Virus record (IMG/VR): IMGVR_UViG_2541047853_000004
Reading direction: 5' to 3' (one strand)
Source: a virus
Taxonomy: Duplodnaviria > Heunggongvirae > Uroviricota > Caudoviricetes
Length of the DNA: 32,919 bases
The position numbers and the translations under genes were made by a program. A model generated the notes under the pieces. The model ran no database searches. It saw nothing but the letters and a program-made list of their open reading frames with translations, and was not told the origin of the DNA. Below, one piece after another: positions 7,291 through 16,790 of the stretch; the stretch's first letter is position 1, and each line of letters starts with the position of its first letter.

Positions 7291-9701
7291 GTCATGACGA
7301 TATGAACAATTGCAGCGGCTTTAACGAGGCCGCCGCAGCATTTTCATGGAACGGCTCGAAAAAGGCCATTAACCCTTATCTGGACCCGGCGGAAGTTGCG
7401 CCGGAGTCTGCACTTTCAAACCTGATCACTCTGTACGCTGCCGATAACGAGCAGGAACAACTGCGCCGCGAGGCACTGAGTGAGCAGGTCTGGGAGCGTT
7501 ATTTCTTTAATGAATCCCGTGATCCTGTCCAGCGCGAAATGGAGCAGGATAAGCTCATTAGCCGGGCAAAGCTGGCGCATGAGCAGCAGCGTTTTAATCC
7601 GGACATGGTCATTCTGGCGGACGTAAACGCCCAGCCTTCCCATATCAGCAAGCCGCTGATGCAACGTATTGAATACTTCAGCAGCCTGGGCAGGCCAAAG
7701 GCTTATTCCCGCTATTTGCGTGAGACGATTAAGCCATGTCTGGAGCGACTGGATTGTGTACGTGACAGTCAGCTATCTGTTTCTTTCCGTTTTATGGCAA
7801 GCCATCAAGGGCTGGAGGGGCTGCTGATCCTGCCTGAAATGAGCCAGGATCAGGTGAAACGCCTGTCCACCCTGGTAGCAGCGCATATGAGCATGTGTCT
7901 TGAGGACGCTTGTGGTGATTTGTATGCCACCGATGACGTTAAGCCAGAAGAAATCCGCAAGACATGGGAAAAGGTGGCAGCGGAAACCCTGCGTCTGGAT
8001 GTTATCCCGCCTGCGTTTGAGAAACTTCGTCGGAAAAGAAACCGCCGCAAACCAGTGCCCTATGAACTCATCCCGGGTTCGCTGGCGCGTATGTTGTGTG
8101 CCGACTGGTGGTATCGGAAATTATGGAAGATGCGTTGCGAATGGCGGGAAGAGCAGTTGCGTGCTGTCTGCCTGGTCAGCAAAAAAGCATCCCCCTATGT
8201 CAGCTATGAAGCCGTGATGCATAAACGTGAGCAGCGCCGTAAGTCGCTGGAGTTTTTTCGTTCTCATGAACTGGTGAACGAAGACGGCGACACGCTGGAT
8301 ATGGAAGATGTGGTAAACGCCAGCAGCAGCAACCCGGCGCATCGCCGCAATGAGATGATGGCCTGTGTTAAAGGTCTGGAGCTTATCGCGGAAATGCGCG
8401 GTGACTGCGCCGTTTTCTACACCATTACCTGTCCGTCACGTTTCCATTCCACGCTCAATAACGGCAGACCCAACCCGACCTGGAAAAACGCGACGGTAAG
8501 ACAAAGCAGCGATTATCTGGTCGGTATGTTTGCTGCATTTCGTAAGGCGATGCACAAAGCCGGGTTGCGCTGGTATGGCGTGCGGGTGGCTGAGCCGCAT
8601 CACGACGGCACAGTTCACTGGCACCTGTTGTGTTTCATGCGCAAAAAAGACCGCCGCGCCATTACTGCATTGTTGCGTAAGTTTGCTATCCGTGAAGACC
8701 GCGAGGAGCTGGGCAATAACACGGGGCCGCGCTTTAAGTCTGAGCTGATTAACCCGCGCAAAGGAACGCCGACAAGCTACATAGCGAAATACATCAGTAA
8801 GAACATTGACGGGCGTGGTCTGGCTGGCGAGATCAGCAAGGAAACGGGTAAATCTCTTCGTGATAACGCTGAATACGTGAATGCCTGGGCGTCTTTGCAT
8901 CGTGTTCAGCAATTCCGCTTCTTTGGTATTCCGGGGCGTCAGGCTTACCGTGAACTGCGATTGCTGGCTGGTCAGGCGGCAAGGCAGCAGGGTGACAAAA
9001 AAGCAGGTGTGCCGGTACTGGATAACCCGCGCCTTGATGCCATTCTGGCTGCTGCTGATGCTGGTTGTTTTGCCACCTATATCATGAAGCAGGGAGGTGT
9101 ACTGGTTCCCCGTAAATATCACCTCATCAGAACTGCTTATGAAATTAACGAAGAGCCGACCGCCTATGGCGATCACGGTATTCGTATTTATGGCATCTGG
9201 TCACCCATTGCAGAGGGCAAGATCTGCACTCATGCAGTGAAGTGGAAAATGGTTCGTAAGGCCGTTGACGTTCAGGAGGCGGCAGCCGACCAGGGCGCTT
9301 GCGCCCCTTGGACTCGTGGCAATAACTGTCCCCTTGCTGAAAATTTGAACCAACAGGAGAAAGATAAATCAGCTGATGGGGACCCCAGAACGGACATTAC
9401 CAGCATGGATGACAAGGAGTTGCACGATTACCTGCACAGTATGAGCAAAAAAGAGCGCCGGGAACTGGCAGCAAGGTTACGCCTGGTGAAACCGAAACGG
9501 CGTAAAGACTACAAACAGCGAATTACAGACCATCAGCGACTGCAGCTCGTGTATGAGCTGAAGTCCAGAGGATTTGATGGCAGCGAGAAAGAGGTCGATT
9601 TACTCCTTCGCGGAGGCAGTATTCCGTCAGGAGCAGGCCTGCGTATCTTCTATCGGAACCAGCGTTTGCAGGAAGATGATCAGTGGCGGAACCTGTATTA
9701 A
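7287..9701 (+). CDS. A: replication initiation endonuclease, P2 gpA-like (HUH rolling-circle)
   Basis: About 805 aa with HUH motif ([10 protein letters not shown]) and tyrosine motif (YIAKYISKN). Start ATGA overlaps the Dam stop. Confidence 0.85.
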   Translation: MSHDDMNNCSGFNEAAAAFSWNGSKKAINPYLDPAEVAPESALSNLITLYAADNEQEQLRREALSEQVWERYFFNESRDPVQREMEQDKLISRAKLAHEQQRFNPDMVILADVNAQPSHISKPLMQRIEYFSSLGRPKAYSRYLRETIKPCLERLDCVRDSQLSVSFRFMASHQGLEGLLILPEMSQDQVKRLSTLVAAHMSMCLEDACGDLYATDDVKPEEIRKTWEKVAAETLRLDVIPPAFEKLRRKRNRRKPVPYELIPGSLARMLCADWWYRKLWKMRCEWREEQLRAVCLVSKKASPYVSYEAVMHKREQRRKSLEFFRSHELVNEDGDTLDMEDVVNASSSNPAHRRNEMMACVKGLELIAEMRGDCAVFYTITCPSRFHSTLNNGRPNPTWKNATVRQSSDYLVGMFAAFRKAMHKAGLRWYGVRVAEPHHDGTVHWHLLCFMRKKDRRAITALLRKFAIREDREELGNNTGPRFKSELINPRKGTPTSYIAKYISKNIDGRGLAGEISKETGKSLRDNAEYVNAWASLHRVQQFRFFGIPGRQAYRELRLLAGQAARQQGDKKAGVPVLDNPRLDAILAAADAGCFATYIMKQGGVLVPRKYHLIRTAYEINEEPTAYGDHGIRIYGIWSPIAEGKICTHAVKWKMVRKAVDVQEAAADQGACAPWTRGNNCPLAENLNQQEKDKSADGDPRTDITSMDDKELHDYLHSMSKKERRELAARLRLVKPKRRKDYKQRITDHQRLQLVYELKSRGFDGSEKEVDLLLRGGSIPSGAGLRIFYRNQRLQEDDQWRNLY

Positions 9702-9793
9702 TTACGCGGGTTAACAATTCGTGCTCTTAATAATACCAGGCATATCAGGCTGATGAACGTAAAAAAACGTTTTACATCAGTAAGATTATTATA

Positions 9794-9813
9794 TACTGTA
9801 AATATAAACAGTG
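9794..9813 (+). promoter_or_regulatory. LexA (SOS) box
   Basis: TACTGTAAATATAAACAGTG fits CTGT-N8-ACAG with an AT-rich spacer, 42 bp upstream of the ATG at 9855. Confidence 0.7.
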
Positions 9814-9854
9814 GTTATACATACAGTATTGCGTGTGGTGTCATAGGAGGAAAG

Positions 9855-10043
9855 ATGCAGGACTATTTTTTGGAGTCTTTGAAGCTCCAGCGCATTGATT
9901 TTTTTCTTAAGCTTGTAGCGGCTAGTGAGTGTAGTGATGAAGAGAAGGGGCTGGCTCTGCAGTGGGTTTCTGAATTGACTGATGAACTCATGGCAAAAAT
10001 CAGAACCCACGAATACAACCGCTCAATGGATGTCATCAGCTGA
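9855..10043 (+). CDS. small SOS-controlled protein, possible Tum-like antirepressor module
   Basis: 62-aa ORF (MQDYFLESLK...) with AGGAGG RBS at 9845-9850, directly downstream of the LexA box. Function inferred from position only. Confidence 0.45.
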   Translation: MQDYFLESLKLQRIDFFLKLVAASECSDEEKGLALQWVSELTDELMAKIRTHEYNRSMDVIS

Positions 10044-10053
10044 GGTGACTTTT

Positions 10054-10287
10054 ATGCGCATTGAAATAATGATCGATAAAGAGCAGAAGATTAGCCAGTC
10101 TACCCTGGACGCCCTTGAATCCGAGCTTTACCGCAATCTGCGCCCCCTGTATCCCAAAACGGTAATTCGCATTCGCAAAGGTAGCTCTAACGGTGTGGAA
10201 CTAACCGGACTGCAACTGGACGAAGAAAGAAAACAAGTGATGAAAATTATGCAGAAGGTGTGGGAAGACGACAGCTGGCTGCATTAA
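10054..10287 (+). CDS. DinI-family protein
   Basis: 77 aa; MRIEIMIDKEQKISQSTLDALESELYRNLRPLYPKTVIRIRKGSSNGVELTGLQLDEERKQVMKIMQKVWEDDSWLH parallels E. coli DinI as recalled. In the LexA-box operon. Confidence 0.7.
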   Translation: MRIEIMIDKEQKISQSTLDALESELYRNLRPLYPKTVIRIRKGSSNGVELTGLQLDEERKQVMKIMQKVWEDDSWLH

Positions 10288-10422
10288 GAAACGTTGCTGG
10301 CGTCTGAACTTGCTTCTGGCGTCAGCAAGGTTGAACAACGAGCCCTTGCGAGGCGTTAACTCTGTAGTGCATGTCTATGCCGCATGAGATCGCATGATCG
10401 TTTGAGGATCGTTTTTGCTAAG

Positions 10423-10447
10423 GCCCGCCAGAACTGGCGGGCTTTTG
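10423..10447 (+). terminator. rho-independent terminator after the tum/dinI-like operon
   Basis: GCCCGCCAG-AA-CTGGCGGGC perfect 9-bp GC-rich stem followed by TTTTG. Confidence 0.6.
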
Positions 10448-10491
10448 CGTAGATTATGCAGGTGCATGAAAACCACTACATAAAGCGGGCA

Positions 10492-10510
10492 GGCGTGGCG
10501 GGGATACGAG
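10492..10510. other. candidate cos cohesive-end sequence
   Basis: GGCGTGGCGGGGATACGAG; the first 13 nt match my recollection of the 186/P2 cohesive end (GGCG[T/A]GGCGGGGAAAGCA). Location near the terminase-proximal end fits. Recollection not verifiable here. Confidence 0.3.
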
Positions 10511-10599
10511 CGCGCGCTGATGGGGGGCGCAGTGCTTTTGGCATAGTTATGAGGTAGAATTTCAAAATACTTTTTAGCGCTGTTGGAGGTATAGACAAA

Positions 10600-11145
10600 A
10601 TGGACGTTATAACTGGAGTTGCAGAGTTTTTTCGAAAAGTACCTGCAGCATTTCTTGTGGCTATTACATGTGTTTTAGGTCTTATACTTTTTCTGCCAGA
10701 CTCTTTGGCAGTAAAAGTGGCTGTTGATGGCTTTCGTAATGAGTATAGGATTTTTATTGGACCTGCATTTTTACTGTCTGTATCTTATTTAGTTGCAAGA
10801 GTCTATCTCTCTTTCTATGACTTACTTGGTGAAAGGCAGGCTAAGAAGGTACGCACTTCCTACCTTGAGAAGCTAACAGCAGAAGAAAAAGGATATTTAA
10901 AGTCTTATATTACCGAAGGTGTTAATTCACTTATGTGTGGGCCTGAGGATGGGGTCATGGGGGGACTTGTGGCTAAGGGGATTACTTATAGAGCCACCAG
11001 TGTTGGGGATATGATCTACGGTTTTGCTTTCAACTTACAGCCATGGGCGCGTGAACATTTAGAGAAAAATAGTCATTTATTAGATGGGGCTATTGGGCGT
11101 GCAATGACTCCAAGAGAAAAATTAAACTTTAGATTGGGACGCTAA
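10600..11145 (+). CDS. AT-rich accessory membrane protein (two predicted N-terminal TM helices), candidate superinfection-exclusion/abortive-infection protein
   Basis: 181 aa with GGAGG RBS. Hydrophobic segments AAFLVAITCVLGLILFLP and IFIGPAFLLSVSYLVARVYL. Visibly lower G+C than flanking genes. Sits between the A/cos region and Q. Confidence 0.5.
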   Translation: MDVITGVAEFFRKVPAAFLVAITCVLGLILFLPDSLAVKVAVDGFRNEYRIFIGPAFLLSVSYLVARVYLSFYDLLGERQAKKVRTSYLEKLTAEEKGYLKSYITEGVNSLMCGPEDGVMGGLVAKGITYRATSVGDMIYGFAFNLQPWAREHLEKNSHLLDGAIGRAMTPREKLNFRLGR

Positions 11146-11174
11146 CCAGTCACACATTACCAATGTGTGACTGG
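11146..11174. terminator. perfect 13-bp palindrome between convergent genes (probable terminator)
   Basis: CCAGTCACACATT-ACC-AATGTGTGACTGG directly after the 10600-11145 stop and before the Q stop; T-rich stretch follows on the plus strand. Confidence 0.4.
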
Positions 11175-11189
11175 TGGTGGTTATTTCTT

Positions 11190-12224
11190 TTATTCAATGT
11201 CAAATTTATATGGTTCAAAAGAAATAACCTTTTCCCCCAACCACTCATTTAGTTCTTCGAGTCTTTTTTGTAGCGGTATTAACTCATTACGGACAAAGAC
11301 GCGGCTGGCTTTTTCCACATCACCAAAGCCGCCGGTATTGTTGGGAATAATGCCCATCATCTGCGGCGGTACGCGGTGTGCTGCCATCATGTCATCGCGG
11401 CTCACGTTCTTAATGTTCAGAAATTCATCCTTTGCTGCAACCTCAGACAGTGGGATGATCTGGATGCCGTCTTTTTTACCGTTGGGCGAATACATAAACA
11501 GGTTGCGGAAGTTGCCCGGACCTTTGGCGCTTTTCATCGCGTTGCGGAGGTTGTTCACATCCTCCTGGTTCTGCGCGGCGTCAGTCATATACATGATGAA
11601 GCCTGCATGGCTGCCGTTGATGTAATACTTACGGCGGAACAGCGTGGCGGACTCGTTGAGCAGGGCTGACGGAATGGCAGAAAGATAACCGGGCAGGCCG
11701 TAGATCTCCTGATTAATATCCGGTTCCATCAGATGAAAAATGCTGCCTTTCGTGAACTGATACGGCTGGGTTGTCATACCGTATTGCACAAACCAGTAGG
11801 TATCCAGGTCTAATCCGCGTCGGGTGTATTTTGCCAGCGCAGGTTCAAGGGCGATCACTTCACCGAAGCGGTTCGTGCGTTTCTCCAGATAGGCATTGCC
11901 AAATACCAGATAGTCCTGCACAAAACGCGAAAAAGCCTGCTGGCTGAGCAGAGGATGAGGGATATAGGTACTGGTCAGAATGTTACACTTTACTGCAATC
12001 GGGGAACTGTGATGCACGGCAGCGCGGAAGGTGCGCGCCAGTCCGTTAAAGCTGACGGGAGGCTCATACCAGCGGTCCATCTGTACGCATTCCACATAGT
12101 CCAGCAGTTCACGGCGGTCCAGAACAGGAACGGGATCGCCGAAGCTGAATGCTTCGGCTGTAGTTTGACTTTTAAGCTGGATCTGATTCGTCGCCGCAGC
12201 GCGGTTCTTCTTACTCTTTCCCAT
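11190..12224 (-). CDS. Q: portal protein (P2 gpQ-like)
   Basis: 344-aa ORF at the conserved position, leftward and upstream-adjacent to terminase P. Start ATG overlaps the P stop (TGATG). Confidence 0.85.
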   Translation of the reverse strand: MGKSKKNRAAATNQIQLKSQTTAEAFSFGDPVPVLDRRELLDYVECVQMDRWYEPPVSFNGLARTFRAAVHHSSPIAVKCNILTSTYIPHPLLSQQAFSRFVQDYLVFGNAYLEKRTNRFGEVIALEPALAKYTRRGLDLDTYWFVQYGMTTQPYQFTKGSIFHLMEPDINQEIYGLPGYLSAIPSALLNESATLFRRKYYINGSHAGFIMYMTDAAQNQEDVNNLRNAMKSAKGPGNFRNLFMYSPNGKKDGIQIIPLSEVAAKDEFLNIKNVSRDDMMAAHRVPPQMMGIIPNNTGGFGDVEKASRVFVRNELIPLQKRLEELNEWLGEKVISFEPYKFDIE

Positions 12225-13990
12225 CAAAAAATCTCCACAATATTGCTGGTATTGGCGGATTCGCCCTGCAGCGGTTCGTTAAACAGTGCGTGCATCGTTG
12301 CCCAAGCCAGATCGGCGTGGCTGGCTTCTTCGCTGCGGCTGGCTTCATAGGTCGGGCGGTTGCCACTGGCGGTGGTGGCGCGACGGATTGCCATGAATGA
12401 CTGCGCAATGTCGGTGTGCCCGGCGTCAAACTCCAGACGGCGGTGGCTGATAATGTCGTAGGCCTTGAGTACCAGGGCGTTTTTAACGTTGGGGTTGTAG
12501 ACAAACTCCCGGACGGCAGGAAAGAACGCTTTCACGTTCTCATAAACCCCGTGACCAACGCCGGTTGAGTCGATACCGATGTATGTCACGTTGTACTGTT
12601 CAGTCAGTTTTTTGATGGCGTTAGCCTGGGCGCGGAAGTCCATCCCGCGCCACTGGTGACGCTCAAGAATGCGGAACTTACCGCCCGGCACGGCTGGCGG
12701 TGCCACCACCACGCACCCGGCGCTGTCGCCGTTTTGCGTACCTTTTGCCGGGTCATAACCGATCCACACTTCGCGCCAGCCAAACGGGCGCAGGGCCAGT
12801 GCATGAAAGTCGGTCCAGACTTCCCAACTGTCCACCATGCACGCCTGCAGCTCGCTGAGCGGGAACACGGACGCGAGATCGTCAACAAACTCGCACATCA
12901 GCAGGTTCTGGTATTCGTCCGGGCTGTACTCCAAGCGTAGCTGGTCGAGGTCGAACAGGTTACAGCCGCCGCGCACCGCATCTTCCACGGTGACTATCTG
13001 GCGGTATTGCCCGTCTGCGCACAGCAGGCCGGGGGCCAGATTGCTGTGGGACAGGTCGATGTCCACCTTATCGGCTTTGTTGCGCCCACGGTTGAACAGC
13101 GCACCGGACCAGAACGGATAAGCACTGTGTGTCAGGCTGGATGGCGTGGAAAAATAGGTTTGTCGCCATTTTTTGTGAATAGCCATACCGGAAGCCACTT
13201 TGCGCAGCTCCTGGAATTTCGGTATCCAGAAATATTCATCCAGATACAGGTTGCCGTGGTAACTCTGGGCCGTGCGGGCATTGGTGCCGAGGAAATACAG
13301 TGTGGCTCCGTTAGGAAGCACCATCGGATCGCCTTTCAGCTCCACCTCGACTTCTTTGGCGAAGTCGATGATGTACTGTTTAAAGACGTGAGCCTGTGCC
13401 TTACTGGCAGAAAGGAAAATCTGGTTACGTCCGGTAAGCAGGGCGTCAATCAGGGCTTCACGGGCAAAGTAAAAGGTCGCACCGATCTGGCGTGACTTCA
13501 GCAGGTTGCGGATGCGGTTGGTTTTTCCGGCTTCCCACCAGTGGCGCTGGTAGTTGAACATGGAGGAATGGAAGATTTCTTCCAGCTTCTCAATCTGTTC
13601 ATCGGTGAAAACATTCTTTTCCGGCTGACGGCGCGGGCCTTTGTTGCGGTTGGCGACGTTAGGGTTTAAGTCGGCTTCGTTGCCGCCATTGTTAAACTTG
13701 CCGATCCGCGCATGGCGCTCCGACTGGCGCGCCAGCAGGTCAATTTCTTTAAAGTCTTTCCCTTCTTTGTGCTCCTTCATGATGAGCTGGCAGTAGCGTG
13801 CGGCGGTGGTGAGCTGCATCTGATCCAGCGGCCCATAGTCACCCCACTTGTCGCGTTTTTTCCAGCTGTGAACGGTTGCAACTTTCTCGCCCAGCATTTC
13901 AGCAATGCGGGCTACGCGGTATCCCTGAAAGTACAGCAGCATGGCCTGTCGACGGGGATCGAGATCTGCGGGTGTCAGTGTGGTGTTCAT
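12224..13990 (-). CDS. P: terminase large (ATPase) subunit, P2 gpP-like
   Basis: 588-aa ORF, leftward, divergent from the O-N-M capsid operon as in P2/186. Confidence 0.85.
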   Translation of the reverse strand: MNTTLTPADLDPRRQAMLLYFQGYRVARIAEMLGEKVATVHSWKKRDKWGDYGPLDQMQLTTAARYCQLIMKEHKEGKDFKEIDLLARQSERHARIGKFNNGGNEADLNPNVANRNKGPRRQPEKNVFTDEQIEKLEEIFHSSMFNYQRHWWEAGKTNRIRNLLKSRQIGATFYFAREALIDALLTGRNQIFLSASKAQAHVFKQYIIDFAKEVEVELKGDPMVLPNGATLYFLGTNARTAQSYHGNLYLDEYFWIPKFQELRKVASGMAIHKKWRQTYFSTPSSLTHSAYPFWSGALFNRGRNKADKVDIDLSHSNLAPGLLCADGQYRQIVTVEDAVRGGCNLFDLDQLRLEYSPDEYQNLLMCEFVDDLASVFPLSELQACMVDSWEVWTDFHALALRPFGWREVWIGYDPAKGTQNGDSAGCVVVAPPAVPGGKFRILERHQWRGMDFRAQANAIKKLTEQYNVTYIGIDSTGVGHGVYENVKAFFPAVREFVYNPNVKNALVLKAYDIISHRRLEFDAGHTDIAQSFMAIRRATTASGNRPTYEASRSEEASHADLAWATMHALFNEPLQGESANTSNIVEIF

Positions 13991-14026
13991 GGCACAAACC
14001 TACAGCCTTGAATGACGGCTTTCCCC

Positions 14027-14044
14027 GCCTGCGGTTTGTGTGGT
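14027..14044. promoter_or_regulatory. TGT-N12-ACA dyad (Ogr-type late promoter element) in the P/O divergent control region
   Basis: TGTgtggttgtcggtACA, about 90-105 bp upstream of the O start. Confidence 0.5.
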
Positions 14045-14132
14045 TGTCGGTACAAATACCGCGCATTGTTTCACTGCCCCCATCACCGCAACCATAAGGC
14101 TCCAGTAAGTTTTTTCTAACGGAGCACGGCTC

Positions 14133-14966
14133 ATGACAGTGAAAGCAAAGCGTTTTCGCATCGGGGTGGAAGGTGCCACTACCGACGGACGTGAAATCCA
14201 GCGTGAATGGCTGGAACAGATGGCAGCCAGCTACAACCCGGCGGTGTATACCGCGCTGATTAACCTTGAGCACATTAAGTCTTATCTGCCGGACAGCACC
14301 TTTAACCGCTACGGCAAGGTGACGGCGCTGTTTGCTGAAGAAATCACGGAAGGTCCGCTGGCGGGCAAGATGGCGCTGTATGCCGACGTTGAGCCAACGG
14401 AGTCCCTGGTGGAGCTGGTGAAAAAAGGCCAGAAATTATTCACCTCTATGGAAGTCAGCCCGAAGTTTGCTGATACGGGCAAAGCCTACCTGGTCGGCCT
14501 GGCTGCCACTGATGATCCCGCCAGTCTGGGTACGGAAATGCTGACATTCAGCGCCAGTGCAGCCCATAACCCGCTGGCAAACCGCAAGCAGAATCCCGCC
14601 AATCTTTTTACCGCTGCAGAGGAAACGGTGATCGAACTGGAAGAAATCCAGGAGGACAAGCCGTCCCTGTTTGCCCGCGTCACGGCACTGTTCACCAAAA
14701 AAGAGCAGTCCGACGATGCCCGGTTCTCTGATGTGCATAAGGCCGTGGAGCTGGTCGCCACTGAGCAGCAAAGCCTGAGCGCACGCACCGAAAAATCCCT
14801 GTCTGAGCAGGAAGAACGTCTGTCTGAGCTGGAGACTGCCCTGCAGGCACAGCAGACAGCCTTTAACGAACTGGTGAATAAGCTGAGTCATGAAGACAGC
14901 CGCCAGGACTACCGCCAGCGTGCAACAGGCGGTAACGCCCCCGCTGACACTCTGACCAATTGCTGA
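14133..14966 (+). CDS. O: capsid scaffolding protein (gpO-like)
   Basis: 277 aa, acidic and Q/E-rich C-terminal half; first gene of the rightward capsid operon. Confidence 0.8.
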   Translation: MTVKAKRFRIGVEGATTDGREIQREWLEQMAASYNPAVYTALINLEHIKSYLPDSTFNRYGKVTALFAEEITEGPLAGKMALYADVEPTESLVELVKKGQKLFTSMEVSPKFADTGKAYLVGLAATDDPASLGTEMLTFSASAAHNPLANRKQNPANLFTAAEETVIELEEIQEDKPSLFARVTALFTKKEQSDDARFSDVHKAVELVATEQQSLSARTEKSLSEQEERLSELETALQAQQTAFNELVNKLSHEDSRQDYRQRATGGNAPADTLTNC

Positions 14967-14982
14967 TGGAGCACAAAACCCG

Positions 14983-16041
14983 ATGAAGAAGAATACCCGC
15001 TTTGCTTTTAACGCTTACCTGCAGCAGCTGGCGCGTCTGAACGGTGTGGCCGTTGAAGAACTGTCCAGCAAGTTCACTGTAGAGCCGTCTGTGCAGCAGA
15101 CGCTGGAAGATCAGATCCAGCAGTCCGCCGCATTCCTGACGCTGATTAACGTCACGCCAGTGACTGAGCAGTCTGGTCAGTTGCTGGGGCTGGGTGTTGG
15201 CAGCACCATTGCCGGAACCACTGATACCACAGCTAAAGAGCGTGAGCCTGTCGATCCGTCGCTGATGGTCGATGTGGAATACAAATGCGAGCAGACTAAC
15301 TTTGACACGGTGCTGACCTACGCGAAGCTGGACCTGTGGGCGAAGTTTCAGGATTTCCAGGTGCGTATCCGTGACGCCATCGTAAAACGTCAGGCACTGG
15401 ACCGCATCATGATCGGCTTTAACGGCGTGAAGCGTGCGAAAACCTCCAACCGTAGCGAAAACCCGCTGCTGCAGGATGTGAACAAAGGCTGGCTGCAGAA
15501 AATCCGTGAAGATGCACCGGATCACGTCATGGGCAGCACCACCACGGGCGGTGAAACCACACCGGGTGCGGTGAAAGTCGGTAAAGGTGGCGAATATGCC
15601 AACCTGGACGCAGTGGTGATGGATGCCGTCAATGAGCTTATCGACGTGGTCTACCAGGACGATGACGATATGGTGGTGATTTGCGGTCGTGAACTGCTGT
15701 CTGACAAGTATTTCCCGCTGGTCAACAAAGAGCAGGAAAACAGTGAAAAACTGGCTGCCGATATGATCATCAGCCAGAAACGCATGGGTGGCCTGCAGGC
15801 CGTGCGTGCGCCGTTCTTCCCGCCGAATGCGCTGCTGATCACCCGTCTGGATAACCTGTCCATCTACTGGCAGGAAGACACCCGCCGCCGTTCAGTTATC
15901 GACAACCCGAAACGTGACCGGATTGAAAACTTTGAATCCGTTAACGAAGCCTATGTGGTTGAGGACTACCGCTGCGCCGCACTGGTGGAAAACATCCAGA
16001 TTGGTGACTTCAGCGCCGCCGCAGCAGAAACCGGAGCGTAA
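14983..16041 (+). CDS. N: major capsid protein (gpN-like)
   Basis: 352 aa; N-terminus TRFAFNAYLQQLARLNGV...KFTVEPSVQQTL parallels P2 gpN as recalled. Confidence 0.85.
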   Translation: MKKNTRFAFNAYLQQLARLNGVAVEELSSKFTVEPSVQQTLEDQIQQSAAFLTLINVTPVTEQSGQLLGLGVGSTIAGTTDTTAKEREPVDPSLMVDVEYKCEQTNFDTVLTYAKLDLWAKFQDFQVRIRDAIVKRQALDRIMIGFNGVKRAKTSNRSENPLLQDVNKGWLQKIREDAPDHVMGSTTTGGETTPGAVKVGKGGEYANLDAVVMDAVNELIDVVYQDDDDMVVICGRELLSDKYFPLVNKEQENSEKLAADMIISQKRMGGLQAVRAPFFPPNALLITRLDNLSIYWQEDTRRRSVIDNPKRDRIENFESVNEAYVVEDYRCAALVENIQIGDFSAAAAETGA

Positions 16042-16044
16042 TTC

Positions 16045-16695
16045 ATGAGCCTGAGTCCCGCACGGCAGCATCGCCTGCGCGTTCAGGCTGAACAGGCCGC
16101 TCGCGAGGGTGGCAGTGTTCGCCACGCGTCGGGCTATGACCTGATGCTGCTGCAACTGGCGGAAGACCGCCGCCGTCTCAAGGGCGTTCAGTCCACGGTC
16201 AAAAAAGCGGAAATCAAGGTGGAGCTGCTGCCGAAGTACGCCGCCTGGGCGGAGGGCGTCCTGGCTGCCGGAGGCGCTCAACAGGATGACGTGCTGATGT
16301 ACGTGATGCTGTGGCGCATTGATGCCGGAGATTATGCCGGGGCGCTGGAGATCGGGCGTCATGCCCTGCGTCATGGCTGGGTGATGCCGCTGGGTAACCG
16401 CAACGTGCAGACCGTGCTGGCAGAGGAAATGGCAGATGCAGCGCAGAGCGCAATGCTTGCCGCCACCGACTTTGATGCCGATCTGTTGCTGCAGACGCTG
16501 GAGCTGACAGACGGTCTGGATATGCCGGACCAGTCACGGGCGCGTCTGCATAAAGCGATTGGCGCTGTCCTGAGTGAAAGCAATCCGGCTTCCGCCCTTA
16601 ATCATCTCAACCATGCGTTACAGCTCGATCCCCGCTGTGGCGTGAAAAAAGACAAACAGCAGCTGGAGCGCAGACTGCGCAATGACAGCCGCTGA
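16045..16695 (+). CDS. M: terminase small/endonuclease subunit (gpM-like)
   Basis: 216-aa ORF immediately after N; assigned by synteny. Confidence 0.7.
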   Translation: MSLSPARQHRLRVQAEQAAREGGSVRHASGYDLMLLQLAEDRRRLKGVQSTVKKAEIKVELLPKYAAWAEGVLAAGGAQQDDVLMYVMLWRIDAGDYAGALEIGRHALRHGWVMPLGNRNVQTVLAEEMADAAQSAMLAATDFDADLLLQTLELTDGLDMPDQSRARLHKAIGAVLSESNPASALNHLNHALQLDPRCGVKKDKQQLERRLRNDSR

Positions 16696-16790
16696 CAGAA
16701 CGTGCCCCCGCGCACGGGCGGCACGGGGTGGCGAAAGGCACTGCCACATCAAAATCCCGTCCACCGCCCTCTATTTCAGGAGAAAGCAGC

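Noticed and set aside
8436-9176. 246-aa minus-strand ORF inside replication gene A
   Set aside because: Antisense to a well-supported 805-aa gene carrying HUH and tyrosine motifs; no independent support.
9702-10599. Looked for tin/old-type known defence genes and for tRNA genes or attachment sites after gene A
   Set aside because: No ORF of the size of Old or Tin is present. The region instead holds the LexA-box tum/dinI-like cassette, a terminator and a candidate cos. No tRNA-like cloverleaf was recognisable by eye.
12211-12504. 97-aa minus-strand ORF and several 90-160-aa plus-strand ORFs across 12604-13495
   Set aside because: All lie within or antisense to terminase gene P in alternative frames, with no RBS and low-complexity translations.
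14027-14132. A second TGT-N12-ACA element for the leftward P-Q late promoter
   Set aside because: Only one exact dyad exists in the P/O intergenic region (14027-14044). The other TGT occurrences do not have ACA at the +15 position, so no separate P-promoter element is reported.
16728-16790. Upstream extension of gene L (track start at 16728)
   Set aside because: The extension MAKGTATSKSRPPPSISGESS overlaps the end of M and lacks an RBS. The ATG at 16791 has a good AGGAGA RBS and gives a protein of typical gpL length.
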